64,000 nt of DNA from Nautiliaceae bacterium (GTDB taxonomy: Bacteria > Campylobacterota > Campylobacteria > Campylobacterales > Nautiliaceae). Below the pieces are notes generated by a model. It saw only the letters and a list, made by a program, of their open reading frames with translations, made no database searches and was not told the origin of the DNA. The position numbers and the translations under genes are program-made. Shown in pieces: positions 39,411 to 48,437 of this stretch. The stretch lies in the NCBI GenBank assembly GCA_039831155.1, contig JBDONT010000043.1:240606-304605 (forward strand), given 5' to 3'. Position 1 is the first letter of the stretch. Each line of letters begins with the position of its first letter.

Positions 39411-40798
39411 GTCGCACCTCCGCTAAGAATTGTTTTTAAGTCGTTATCCTTAAACTTAACACCAACTCCCAAGAAAAACGTCCTGGCATTTACATTTAAA
39501 ATATTATCGACCCCACCTATTAATTGAATATGTTTTAAAAACGTATAAGCGGCTTTTAAATCCAAATGAGGGTTATTTCCTCTTACGTCGTTAATTGCAT
39601 TAAAGTCATATATATCCCCACTAAACACCAACCTGTCTTGTTTTATAAAATAATCAAATCCTAAACCTCCCGTATTTTGAATAATACCTCCTCTTAACAT
39701 TAAATTATCAAATCTTTTTCCGTATTCTGCACTTATATAAACCTTGTCTTCCTGATGGTTTTTGTCTATATTGGCAAGATTTGTATAATCTTTTGTACTT
39801 GTAATTCCCAAAATATAATATTTAGTAGGAACCGGCAAGTAAGCTATATAGGCACTAGTTTTAAAATAATCGTCTTTTAGCATATAGTTACTTTGAATAT
39901 CCACTAAAATCTGACTTTTGGTTAAAGCCCCCAAGTAATTATCAAGTTTCTTAAAGCTATCTCCTCCTCTAGCAAAAAAATATTCGGCTTTTTTTATAGC
40001 TTTTTTTAAAGAATCGTTATTTTCGGTTAAAATATCGTTAGCATTTCTTCCCAAAGAAGTATATTCTTTTAAAAGAGGTTTTAACTCCGAATTAAGAATT
40101 AAACCGACTTTGTTAAGTTTCGTAAATAAAGAATCCGTTTTATTTAAAATCGAAGGAAGTTTCTTATTAACATTCATTCCTATTTTTTTATATTCATATA
40201 AAGTATCGTTTGCATTTTTAAGCAATTTAGGCAATTTAACATTCAAATTGTTTAAAACCTTTTTTAAATAAATAGAAGAATCTTTAATATTAGATACCGT
40301 CTCTTTCAAATCGTTTAAAGATTTTTTATCCAATAATTTATTAGCTTTTCTCATAAACACGCGAAAATCGTTTACGGCTTCATTAAAATTATTCATAACA
40401 TCATCCAGCGAAGCTACTTTTAAATATTTGGTAAGTTCTCCTTTAGGCTGTAAATAAACTTCACTATTACCTGGTATGATTTTTACATATCTTCCGCCTA
40501 AAAAATTATCCTGAGTCAACGTAACAAGAGAATCACTTGGAATTTCCACACCTTTTTGAATAAACAATTTAAGTTTTACCCCATCTCTTACTAAACTCAA
40601 ATCCTCAACATCCCCTACAATCACCCCTTTCATTTTTACTTTGGCTTTTTTGTTAAGGCCACTTGCGTCATTTACAACGGCATAGATGTAATAACCTTTT
40701 TTATTAAAATTTTGTAAACTGTTAACCTGAAATGTAAGAAACATCAAAGAAACCAATCCTAAGAATATAAAAATTCCTACTTTTATTTCAGTTTTCAT
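39395..40798 (-). CDS. MCE/MlaD family protein with long coiled region and C-terminal beta-rich domain
   Basis: EIKVGIF TM helix, DASGL...VKMKGV.VG.V, LGGRYV.I.PG. Confidence 0.88.
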   Translation of the reverse strand: MKTEIKVGIFIFLGLVSLMFLTFQVNSLQNFNKKGYYIYAVVNDASGLNKKAKVKMKGVIVGDVEDLSLVRDGVKLKLFIQKGVEIPSDSLVTLTQDNFLGGRYVKIIPGNSEVYLQPKGELTKYLKVASLDDVMNNFNEAVNDFRVFMRKANKLLDKKSLNDLKETVSNIKDSSIYLKKVLNNLNVKLPKLLKNANDTLYEYKKIGMNVNKKLPSILNKTDSLFTKLNKVGLILNSELKPLLKEYTSLGRNANDILTENNDSLKKAIKKAEYFFARGGDSFKKLDNYLGALTKSQILVDIQSNYMLKDDYFKTSAYIAYLPVPTKYYILGITSTKDYTNLANIDKNHQEDKVYISAEYGKRFDNLMLRGGIIQNTGGLGFDYFIKQDRLVFSGDIYDFNAINDVRGNNPHLDLKAAYTFLKHIQLIGGVDNILNVNARTFFLGVGVKFKDNDLKTILSGGATSFLK

Positions 40799-42786
40799 TC
40801 TTTTCCTTTAAATATAAAAGTTTGATTAACACCTCCAATAGGTACAAGTTCTATACTAAAAGAAACCATATTGTCTTTTCTATAAAAAATACCACTCTCT
40901 TTTAATACCGGTATTCTTGACTGTTTAAAACTAACATTATATCTCCAACACTTCTTATTTAATTTAACGCCTATTAACCAGTATTTTACGTATTTGTTTT
41001 CTATGTCATAACTGTGCGAAAAATAGATATTTTTAAAAGAATTTATATTATACCCTAAATTTGTAATAATCGTACGGGAAGAGCTTTTTCTGTAAATATG
41101 GTTAACAGAGGCAGAGAAAGGGGCTTTTGAATAAGAAATTTTAAAGTTATTATAATTTACATCTTTTTCTTCCAACGAATATCTGTTATTTTCAGAAATA
41201 GAAAAATTGCCTATTTTAATATTTAAAATATTTTCCAAATCCGAATATTTTTTAAGTTTTAAGTAATAAGTTTCGTTTAATGTATGTGTTAAACTGAAAG
41301 TTTCATTCTCAAAAATCTGAAACAGATTAAAATTAACATAATCCTGTAAATTCGGAACACTGATTAAATCAGAGTATATCTCTGATTTGGTATAATTTTT
41401 TAAATTAAAAGTTAAAGACGGATTTATAATATGAATCGAGTTACTTTTTTTCCTCACTAAAGAGTCATAAAATTTTATTTGGGTAGAAAGACTCATATAT
41501 CTTGAACGGTTTGAATCTTCCTGATAATAAAACCCGTATCCTCCGTCAAAAAGTTCTGTAACTTTTACTTTTAAATAATCATCAAAAAAACTCCAATAAT
41601 AAGAAACCGGAAGTAAAATATCACCGACTAAATAGTTCGAACCCTTTTTCCTGTAATAATTGTAAACATTTAAATCATAAGAAGTTAAAAAGCCTTTTGT
41701 CTTAGATAACAACCTATGCAGATTCAATTGAGGCAAAATCTGCCAAGTATCATCATTATTTATTTTTGAAGTATCTATAAAATATTTAAAATAAACTCCA
41801 TAAAGCATAATGGGTGTCGGATAAATGTAGTTAATATTAGAAGTTATAATTTTATCTGACAAATAAGCCGTATCAAAACGGTAATTATAAGCATCCAAAT
41901 AAAAATAATCCACATCGTTTGCATATTTTAAATTAACATACAAAGAGTCCGGGTTAAAAATAAGAGAATTTTTTTCATAAAAAACAGTATAACCGTAATG
42001 TTTCCGATGGGCTAAATTGTTTTTTTCATAATATTTCGTGTAATCTTTAAAATACCCACCTTTTATATATCCGTTTGAATGTGGAGAGTCTACAAACCTA
42101 AAAGTCGCATAAACCCCTCTTCCTCTTAAATTACGCACAGTAGGAGTAATTTCCAAATCTGTATTAATAGAAGTTACGAAATAGATAGGTTGGGAATATA
42201 AAACTCCCTCATTACTTGAATAACCTACATAAGGTTTTAAAAGTCCACTTCTTCTTGTTTTATCAAAATTCAAATAAAGATAAGGAAGATAAAAAACCGG
42301 AACTTTATTAATAATTAAAACAAGGTTATAAAGCCTTAAAGATTTATCCTTTTTATTGTAATCGGCCTTGGAAACTTTCATATACCAATCCGAGTTTTTA
42401 ACGCAACACGTTGAAAAATAGCTTTTTTTAAAATGTATAATATCATTTAAAGAGTGGGCATAATTGGCAATAATCCACCCTTGCATATTAAAGTCGTAAA
42501 AAAAGACGTCTTTTAAGGTAATATCTTTTGAAGAGTAAGCAATTAAAGAATCTGCAGAAATCACAGACTGATTTTTTCTATAAATGAAAACCTTATCTTT
42601 TAAAATAATTTTTCTTTTATTTAATACCACCCCTTCTTTTGCTTGAATAATAGCGTCTTTATAAAAGATAATAGGATTAAATAAAATAATTTTATTTTTT
42701 TTATCAACTGCTTTAGTACCCAGTATTTTTGTTTGAGCAAACAAAAAAGAGGCAAAAAAAATTAAAAAGCTAATCCTCAATAACAA
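40795..42786 (-). CDS. lptD: LPS-assembly outer membrane protein LptD
   Basis: FSTCC....W, PVFYLPY, RRSGLL.P, KKCW; beta-rich C-terminus. Confidence 0.88.
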   Translation of the reverse strand: MLLRISFLIFFASFLFAQTKILGTKAVDKKNKIILFNPIIFYKDAIIQAKEGVVLNKRKIILKDKVFIYRKNQSVISADSLIAYSSKDITLKDVFFYDFNMQGWIIANYAHSLNDIIHFKKSYFSTCCVKNSDWYMKVSKADYNKKDKSLRLYNLVLIINKVPVFYLPYLYLNFDKTRRSGLLKPYVGYSSNEGVLYSQPIYFVTSINTDLEITPTVRNLRGRGVYATFRFVDSPHSNGYIKGGYFKDYTKYYEKNNLAHRKHYGYTVFYEKNSLIFNPDSLYVNLKYANDVDYFYLDAYNYRFDTAYLSDKIITSNINYIYPTPIMLYGVYFKYFIDTSKINNDDTWQILPQLNLHRLLSKTKGFLTSYDLNVYNYYRKKGSNYLVGDILLPVSYYWSFFDDYLKVKVTELFDGGYGFYYQEDSNRSRYMSLSTQIKFYDSLVRKKSNSIHIINPSLTFNLKNYTKSEIYSDLISVPNLQDYVNFNLFQIFENETFSLTHTLNETYYLKLKKYSDLENILNIKIGNFSISENNRYSLEEKDVNYNNFKISYSKAPFSASVNHIYRKSSSRTIITNLGYNINSFKNIYFSHSYDIENKYVKYWLIGVKLNKKCWRYNVSFKQSRIPVLKESGIFYRKDNMVSFSIELVPIGGVNQTFIFKGKE

Positions 42787-43215
42787 CGCATTTCCCTACA
42801 ATATCGTGAATTGCCCTATTAAGTGGGTCAAATATCGCATAAGCCATCCCCATATAAAAAAACATTTCATCGAAATTTCTTACAAAACTTCTCAAAAATG
42901 CCCTCAAATGAGAAGGATTATCAAGAGTCTCAATATCCACAACCCTTATTTTGGTAACCATTTTACCGATTGTTTTGCCGTATAATGCTACAAAAATCCA
43001 ATGATAAATAGTATAAGCTATAAATATAAAACCAAAAAGTTTATCAACTAAAATCATCATTTCTTCTCATGTTTTCGCATTGGCAAAAGAGTTGAAAAAG
43101 CAATTACAATTAAAATCGAAATAAGCATATCGTCAATCGTCATCGCTATGATTCTTTTAGAAAGAGAGGCTACTTTTAGCTCTTCTCTTTCTAGTTTTGT
43201 AATAATATCTTCCAT
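42770..43215 (-). pseudogene. RDD family membrane protein, interrupted (frameshift plus probable in-frame TGA)
   Basis: ATG 43215 MEDIITKL...KRIIAMTIDD in one frame; G.TIGK...IRVV and RAIHD in the -1 frame. Confidence 0.78.
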
Positions 43216-44471
43216 TACTTCTCCAAAGCTTGATATGCTATGTCACGTCTATACTTTTTACCATCAAAATGAACTCTATCTACAATCTTATAAGCCTCAT
43301 CTCTTGCCTCTTTTACATCTTTTCCAAACCCGACACAAACTAAAACTCTCCCACCTGTTGCCATTAATTTTCCGTCAATCTTTTTAACTCCTGCATATGC
43401 TATATATCCATTACAATCACTTAAATCATCTACTTTAATTTCAGCTGGTTCACTACTTGAATATGGATAATTTTTGCTTGCACAAACAACTCCTACTGCT
43501 ACCATATCTTTTATTTTTACATCAATTTTATCAAGCTGTTTTGTAGAGGCGTTTTTAAACATGTCATATAAACTACTATCAATTAAAGCCATAAGCTCTT
43601 CACACTCTGGGTCTCCAAATCTTACATTATATTCAAGCACATATGGCTCATTATCTACAATCATAAGTCCTATAAACAATACTCCCTCAAACGGAGCCCC
43701 TTCTTTTTGCATTCCTTTTAGAGTTGGACGAATAATTTTTTCTTTTACTTTCTCATATAGTTCATCATTTACAAGAGGAGTTGGTGCATATGCTCCCATC
43801 CCTCCTGTATTTGGTCCTTTATCTCCATCAAGAAGTCTTTTGTGGTCTTGGGCTGCTGGAAGCAAAATAAAATCCTCGCCATCACAAATTGCAAACATAC
43901 TAAGCTCATACCCATCTAAAAACTCTTCTACAATTACTCTCTTACCGGCATCTCCAAACATCTCACCACTAAGCATCCCATCAACCGCTTTTTTAGCATC
44001 TTCTTTACTTTCAGCAATAATCACCCCTTTTCCTGCACAAAGCCCATCAGCCTTTACAACAATTGGAGTCTTTTTGCACTCATCTATAAATTTATACGCT
44101 TCTTCTTTATTTGAAGTTTCAATATATTTTGCAGTAGGGATATTATATTTTTTTAAAAAGTTTTTCATATAAACTTTACTACCTTCAAGCTGTGCAGCCT
44201 CTTTGCTCGGACCAAAAATTGTAAGCCCCTCTTCTTTAAAAACATCAACTATTCCCTTAACCAACGGGTCTTCCGGACCAACAATTGTAAGGTCGATACT
44301 GTTTTCTTTTGCCCACTTTGCCAATTCTTTAAAATCTTTTATATCAATATTTGTAGCAAACTCTTCTGTCGCTCCGTTTCCCGGTGCATAAAAAATTTCC
44401 GCTTCATCTTTTAAAAAATATCCGATACTATACTCTCTTCCACCACTTCCAACAATTAAAACTCTTTTCAT
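43215..44471 (-). CDS. purD: Phosphoribosylamine--glycine ligase
   Basis: [40 protein letters not shown]. Confidence 0.97.
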   Translation of the reverse strand: MKRVLIVGSGGREYSIGYFLKDEAEIFYAPGNGATEEFATNIDIKDFKELAKWAKENSIDLTIVGPEDPLVKGIVDVFKEEGLTIFGPSKEAAQLEGSKVYMKNFLKKYNIPTAKYIETSNKEEAYKFIDECKKTPIVVKADGLCAGKGVIIAESKEDAKKAVDGMLSGEMFGDAGKRVIVEEFLDGYELSMFAICDGEDFILLPAAQDHKRLLDGDKGPNTGGMGAYAPTPLVNDELYEKVKEKIIRPTLKGMQKEGAPFEGVLFIGLMIVDNEPYVLEYNVRFGDPECEELMALIDSSLYDMFKNASTKQLDKIDVKIKDMVAVGVVCASKNYPYSSSEPAEIKVDDLSDCNGYIAYAGVKKIDGKLMATGGRVLVCVGFGKDVKEARDEAYKIVDRVHFDGKKYRRDIAYQALEK

Positions 44472-44504
44472 TCTAGCCCTTTTTTACGAAATTATAACAA
44501 ATTA

Positions 44505-44966
44505 TTATCTTAAATGCTGACCTGTCACTATCGCATAAACAACCGGCCAAATTAACAATAAAATCATAAAAACTGCAAAAATGACAGCCCAGATATTCGG
44601 TTTTGCTTTTTGTTTTAAACACTCGATATCGGGTAAGTGAACTCCCCCGCATCTGTCAACATCGGTTGAAAATTTATTAAGGTATAAAAAATAGTAACAA
44701 AACCCACCAAGTATAGAGTTTATAACAACCATTCCCGGTAAATAAAAATACCCGACCATTAAAGAAATCAAAAGAACTGCAACAGCTTCCAAATAAGCCC
44801 TTCTGTATAAAAGATAAAACCACCCGAATAAAAATCCCCATAAATTAAATCTGGGCTTACAATCTCCCAAGCCGTCATCCCTTATAAGCTCCTCAAAAAT
44901 CTTTTCATCTTTAGCAGTTAATTTAGGATAGATTTTTTTTAAAATATTTAAATACTTTTCTTTCAT
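44505..44966 (-). CDS. Membrane protein, DUF2628-like
   Basis: FNLWGFLFGWFYLLYRRAY motif; several TM helices; start at ATG 44966. Confidence 0.65.
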   Translation of the reverse strand: MKEKYLNILKKIYPKLTAKDEKIFEELIRDDGLGDCKPRFNLWGFLFGWFYLLYRRAYLEAVAVLLISLMVGYFYLPGMVVINSILGGFCYYFLYLNKFSTDVDRCGGVHLPDIECLKQKAKPNIWAVIFAVFMILLLIWPVVYAIVTGQHLR

Positions 44967-45029
44967 TTTTGACCTTTTTGAGCTGAAGTTTTGCAAAATT
45001 TAGTAAAATTATAATAAAAAAGGTAGCTT

Positions 45030-46016
45030 ATGAGTATAAAAGTCCCAAAAAGTATAGATTTAAACGTAAAAAACTCCGAAAGTGTAGGAAGAATTGCCAC
45101 TGCTTCAAAAAATGGGGGAGTTGAGGCGGCTTTAATGATACCTCATCATAAACCAATCTACGACAAGCTCCACTTAGCTTACAACCTAAAAAGGGCTAAT
45201 GAAGAGAATTTCAAACTCTTAGTGGCGATAGAAGGAATACACGAAAACAGATTATCTGATATCTCCATATTAAAAAACAAAGGTGCAAGTGCAATTTATA
45301 TAAATTCCGACGAAGATATGAACTTAATTAAAAGAGTCTTTGAGTATGCAGAGTTTTTGGATATCCCTATTTTCGTAAACTGCAACAACAAAGCTTTAAG
45401 CAGTGGGGTAATGAATGACAGTGAAATAGCCTACTCTTTAGGTGTAAGTGGAATTCCATCTTATGCAGAGAGTATAGAAGTGGCAAAAATATACGAACTC
45501 TCAAAACACTTTAAGGCAAAAGTGGTATTCCAAAGCATCACTACAAAAGAGTCCCTTGAAATCCTTAAAAACAAATCTTCCAATATCTTCATAGACGTAT
45601 GTATAGACAATCTCTATTTTAGCGATGAAAATTTAAAAGAGTTTAACTCTTTATTCAAAACTTTTCCACCTCTTAGAAGCGAAGAAGATAAAGAAGCCTT
45701 ATTAAAAGCCTGCGAAGACGAAACAGTGGATTTTATATCCTCAAACCATATAGCCACAAATCAAAAAGACGTCCCTTTAGAAGAAGCGGAGTTTGGAATA
45801 AGCAAACTAGATATCTTTACCCAACTTGCATACTCACTTCCTCTAAACCCTAAAACGATTACAAAGCTCATATCAACAAACCCGGCAAAACTGTTTAATA
45901 TCCAAATAAAAGAGTATATTACCCTGGAAGAAGGGGAATTTGAAGTTTCTCTTCAAAACTTCGCAAGCAAAGGCAAAAACTCTCCTTATAAAAAACTAAA
46001 ATATCAAATAGTTTAG
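45030..46016 (+). CDS. Inactive dihydroorotase-like protein (PyrC'-type)
   Basis: DLNV in place of DxHxH; GVMNDS, KTFPPLRS, STNPAK. Confidence 0.75.
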   Translation: MSIKVPKSIDLNVKNSESVGRIATASKNGGVEAALMIPHHKPIYDKLHLAYNLKRANEENFKLLVAIEGIHENRLSDISILKNKGASAIYINSDEDMNLIKRVFEYAEFLDIPIFVNCNNKALSSGVMNDSEIAYSLGVSGIPSYAESIEVAKIYELSKHFKAKVVFQSITTKESLEILKNKSSNIFIDVCIDNLYFSDENLKEFNSLFKTFPPLRSEEDKEALLKACEDETVDFISSNHIATNQKDVPLEEAEFGISKLDIFTQLAYSLPLNPKTITKLISTNPAKLFNIQIKEYITLEEGEFEVSLQNFASKGKNSPYKKLKYQIV

Positions 46017-46099
46017 TCTAAATAGCTAAAATTTTCTTATCTATCTCATTTGCTTCTTCTTCTCTTTTTGATATAATATATAAAATCAAAGGAGCTCTT

Positions 46100-47095
46100 A
46101 TGAACTACTATCAACCGATTGATAACAAAATAAAATGTCTTCTTTGTCGCCACCACTGCTTACTTAAAAATGAACAAGTAGGTATTTGTGGCGTCAATAT
46201 AAATAAAAACGGAAAACTTGTAAATTTAGTATACGGACACCCAAGTTCAATAAATGTCGACCCTATCGAAAAAAAACCTTTATTTCACTTTTTACCAAAT
46301 ACCTCTGTTTTATCTTTTGGAACTGTCGGGTGCAACTTTAAATGTCCTTTTTGCCAAAACTGGCGAATAGCCCACACAAATAAAGTAAATGAATCCGTTT
46401 ATGTAAGTCCGGAAGAGATGGTAGCACTTGCCCTAAAATATAACTCAAAATCTATCGCATATACCTATAACGAACCGAGCATCTTTTACCCTTATGCAAG
46501 AGATGTGGGAATACTTGCAAAAAAAGCCGGGCTTAAAAACGTATTTGTAACAAACGGATTTGAGAGTGTATATGAGATTGAAGATATGAAAGAATGGGTG
46601 GACGCTTGCAATGTAGATTTAAAAAGCTTTAAACCTGAATATTACAAAAAAGTGCTAAAAGGAAGACTTGAATATGTACTTGATACTATTAAAAGATTAA
46701 ATGAAGTTGGAATCTGGCAAGAGATTACAACATTAGTAGTCCCGGGAGATAACGACAGCGATGAAGAGTTAACTCAAATTGCGGAGTTTATTGCAAGCGT
46801 AAATAAAAATATACCTTGGCATATAACACGATTTCACCCGGATTATGAAATGCAAGACAAACCGCCAACTCCAATGGAAACTATGATAAAAGCATATGAA
46901 ATTGGGAAAAAAGCCGGACTTAAATATGTATATCTTGGAAATGTGGCACTGCCTGTTGTAACACACTGCCCTACTTGTAATGAAGAGCTTATAGTTCGCT
47001 CAATCTATAGAGTTGAGAAAAATATCTTAAAAGTAAAAGAAGACAAAGGACACTGCCCTAAATGTAACACTGAAATAAAAGGAGTATGGAAATGA
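46100..47095 (+). CDS. amrS: AmmeMemoRadiSam system radical SAM enzyme
   Basis: CLLCRHHC, DPIEKKPLFHF, GCNFKCPFCQN, YTYNEP, RFHPDY, C-terminal CxxC pairs. Confidence 0.92.
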   Translation: MNYYQPIDNKIKCLLCRHHCLLKNEQVGICGVNINKNGKLVNLVYGHPSSINVDPIEKKPLFHFLPNTSVLSFGTVGCNFKCPFCQNWRIAHTNKVNESVYVSPEEMVALALKYNSKSIAYTYNEPSIFYPYARDVGILAKKAGLKNVFVTNGFESVYEIEDMKEWVDACNVDLKSFKPEYYKKVLKGRLEYVLDTIKRLNEVGIWQEITTLVVPGDNDSDEELTQIAEFIASVNKNIPWHITRFHPDYEMQDKPPTPMETMIKAYEIGKKAGLKYVYLGNVALPVVTHCPTCNEELIVRSIYRVEKNILKVKEDKGHCPKCNTEIKGVWK

Positions 47096-47880
47096 GAAAA
47101 GCAATGTTTAAAGAGTGGTATGGAGATAGTTGTGAAGCGGTTGAGAATTATATAGCTCATTTTAATAAAATAATAGATGAAAATGTAGATAAAAATAAAG
47201 CCGAAGAAATTTTCAGTTTAAAACCAAAAGCCCTAATCGTTCCTCACGCCGGATGGGTATACAGCGGATTTACTGCAAATTTTGCATATAGAATAGCAAC
47301 CGATAAAGCTCAAAAAATAGCCGTAATAGGACCTTCTCATAAATTTGCATTTGACGGAATTAGCATAACATTGGAAGACGAATACGAAACCCCTTGTGGA
47401 AATTTAAAAATAGACACTTCTCTTGCAAAAGAGTTAATAGAAAAATTTGACGTTCAAAACTTAGAATACGTCCATACCGAACACTCGACTGAAGTTCAAA
47501 TGCCTTTTATCAAACACTATTTTAAAAACCCTCAAGTAATAGAACTTATCTACTCAAACTATTCGCCTTTTAAATTAAAAGAAATAATCAATTATTTACT
47601 ATCAAAAAACGTTGTAATAATTATAAGCAGTGATTTAAGCCATTATTACGATTTAGAAACGGCTAAAGCTTTAGATGCAAACTGTCTAGAAGCGGTAATA
47701 AATGAAGAAACGGAGTTTTTAAAAAATTGCGAAGCCTGTGGAAAAATAGGAATAGAAGCAATTATTTTAAGTGCGAAGGAAAAACAATTAACTCCTTTTA
47801 TAGTGGATTATAGAACAAGTGCCGAAATAAACAAAGACACAAAACAAGTCGTAGGATATATGAGTGCAATTTTTATTTAA
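47092..47880 (+). CDS. amrB: AmmeMemoRadiSam system protein B (Memo-like)
   Basis: VPHAGWVYSG, GPSH, EHSTEVQMPF, SSDLSHY, ACG, VVGY; ATGA overlap with amrS. Confidence 0.9.
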   Translation: MRKAMFKEWYGDSCEAVENYIAHFNKIIDENVDKNKAEEIFSLKPKALIVPHAGWVYSGFTANFAYRIATDKAQKIAVIGPSHKFAFDGISITLEDEYETPCGNLKIDTSLAKELIEKFDVQNLEYVHTEHSTEVQMPFIKHYFKNPQVIELIYSNYSPFKLKEIINYLLSKNVVIIISSDLSHYYDLETAKALDANCLEAVINEETEFLKNCEACGKIGIEAIILSAKEKQLTPFIVDYRTSAEINKDTKQVVGYMSAIFI

Positions 47881-47890
47881 TATAATTTTT

Positions 47891-47929
47891 TGTTATAATT
47901 ATATCCGTTAACTTCCCAAAAAAGGAGGT
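47891..47929 (+). promoter_or_regulatory. Extended -10 promoter and strong Shine-Dalgarno for the small basic ORF
   Basis: TGTTATAAT at 47891-47899; AAGGAGGT at 47922-47929. Confidence 0.7.
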
Positions 47930-47932
47930 AGT

Positions 47933-47992
47933 ATGGCTAGAGGAAAATTCAAAATGAAAAGAAAAAGAAGAAGAGTTTTATATTCAAAATAA
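47933..47992 (+). CDS. 19-aa highly basic peptide MARGKFKMKRKRRRVLYSK; candidate small ribosomal/RNA-binding protein
   Basis: Own promoter and AAGGAGG SD; ATG...TAA; 10/19 residues K/R, none acidic; only AGA/AAA for R/K. Confidence 0.7.
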   Translation: MARGKFKMKRKRRRVLYSK

Positions 47993-48028
47993 GCTTCTTT
48001 TTTTCTTTCTATAAAACCAAAAAGGCTT

Positions 48029-48421
48029 TTAAAAAGATTTAATTATTTTACTTGCTAGTCCTAAATCTATATTACCTCTTTGTTTAAGTCTTTTCATAAT
48101 TTCACCCATATTTTTACCACCGATTTCATCGATAATATCTTTTATAATTTTAGCAGTTTCTTCTTCGCTTAACATTTTCGGTAAGAAACTCTCATATATT
48201 TCAAGCTCTTTTTTAGCTTCTTCAATTCCCGCCTCAATTGATTCTTTTGCCATCTTAGCAAGTTTTTTTGCAGCTTCTTCAATTATTTTTTCATCAACTT
48301 CAACACCTTTTTCTTTTGCTATTTTTTGAGCTGTATCCACTAACATCATTAAAGCATTTGCTTTTGTTTTATCTTCTTTTTTTGCTTTCATCATCATTTT
48401 TTTAAGTTCAAGTAGTGTCAT
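48029..48421 (-). CDS. GatB/YqeY domain protein
   Basis: MMMKAK, EL..YESFLPKMLSEEE, NMGEIMK..K....D. Confidence 0.85.
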   Translation of the reverse strand: MTLLELKKMMMKAKKEDKTKANALMMLVDTAQKIAKEKGVEVDEKIIEEAAKKLAKMAKESIEAGIEEAKKELEIYESFLPKMLSEEETAKIIKDIIDEIGGKNMGEIMKRLKQRGNIDLGLASKIIKSF

Positions 48422-48437
48422 TTTATCTCCTTTTGTT

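Noticed and set aside
43067-43069. Selenocysteine reading of the TGA in the RDD gene
   Set aside because: Not a Cys/redox position, no obvious SECIS hairpin downstream, and a frameshift is needed anyway
43474-44172. 232-aa + strand ORF
   Set aside because: Antisense shadow of purD; Ser/Pro/Ile-rich mirror composition, no SD or motif
46017-46075. Possible 3' gene remnant on the - strand (KREEEANEIDKKILAI*)
   Set aside because: Too short, no start or SD, overlaps the amrS promoter; cannot be supported
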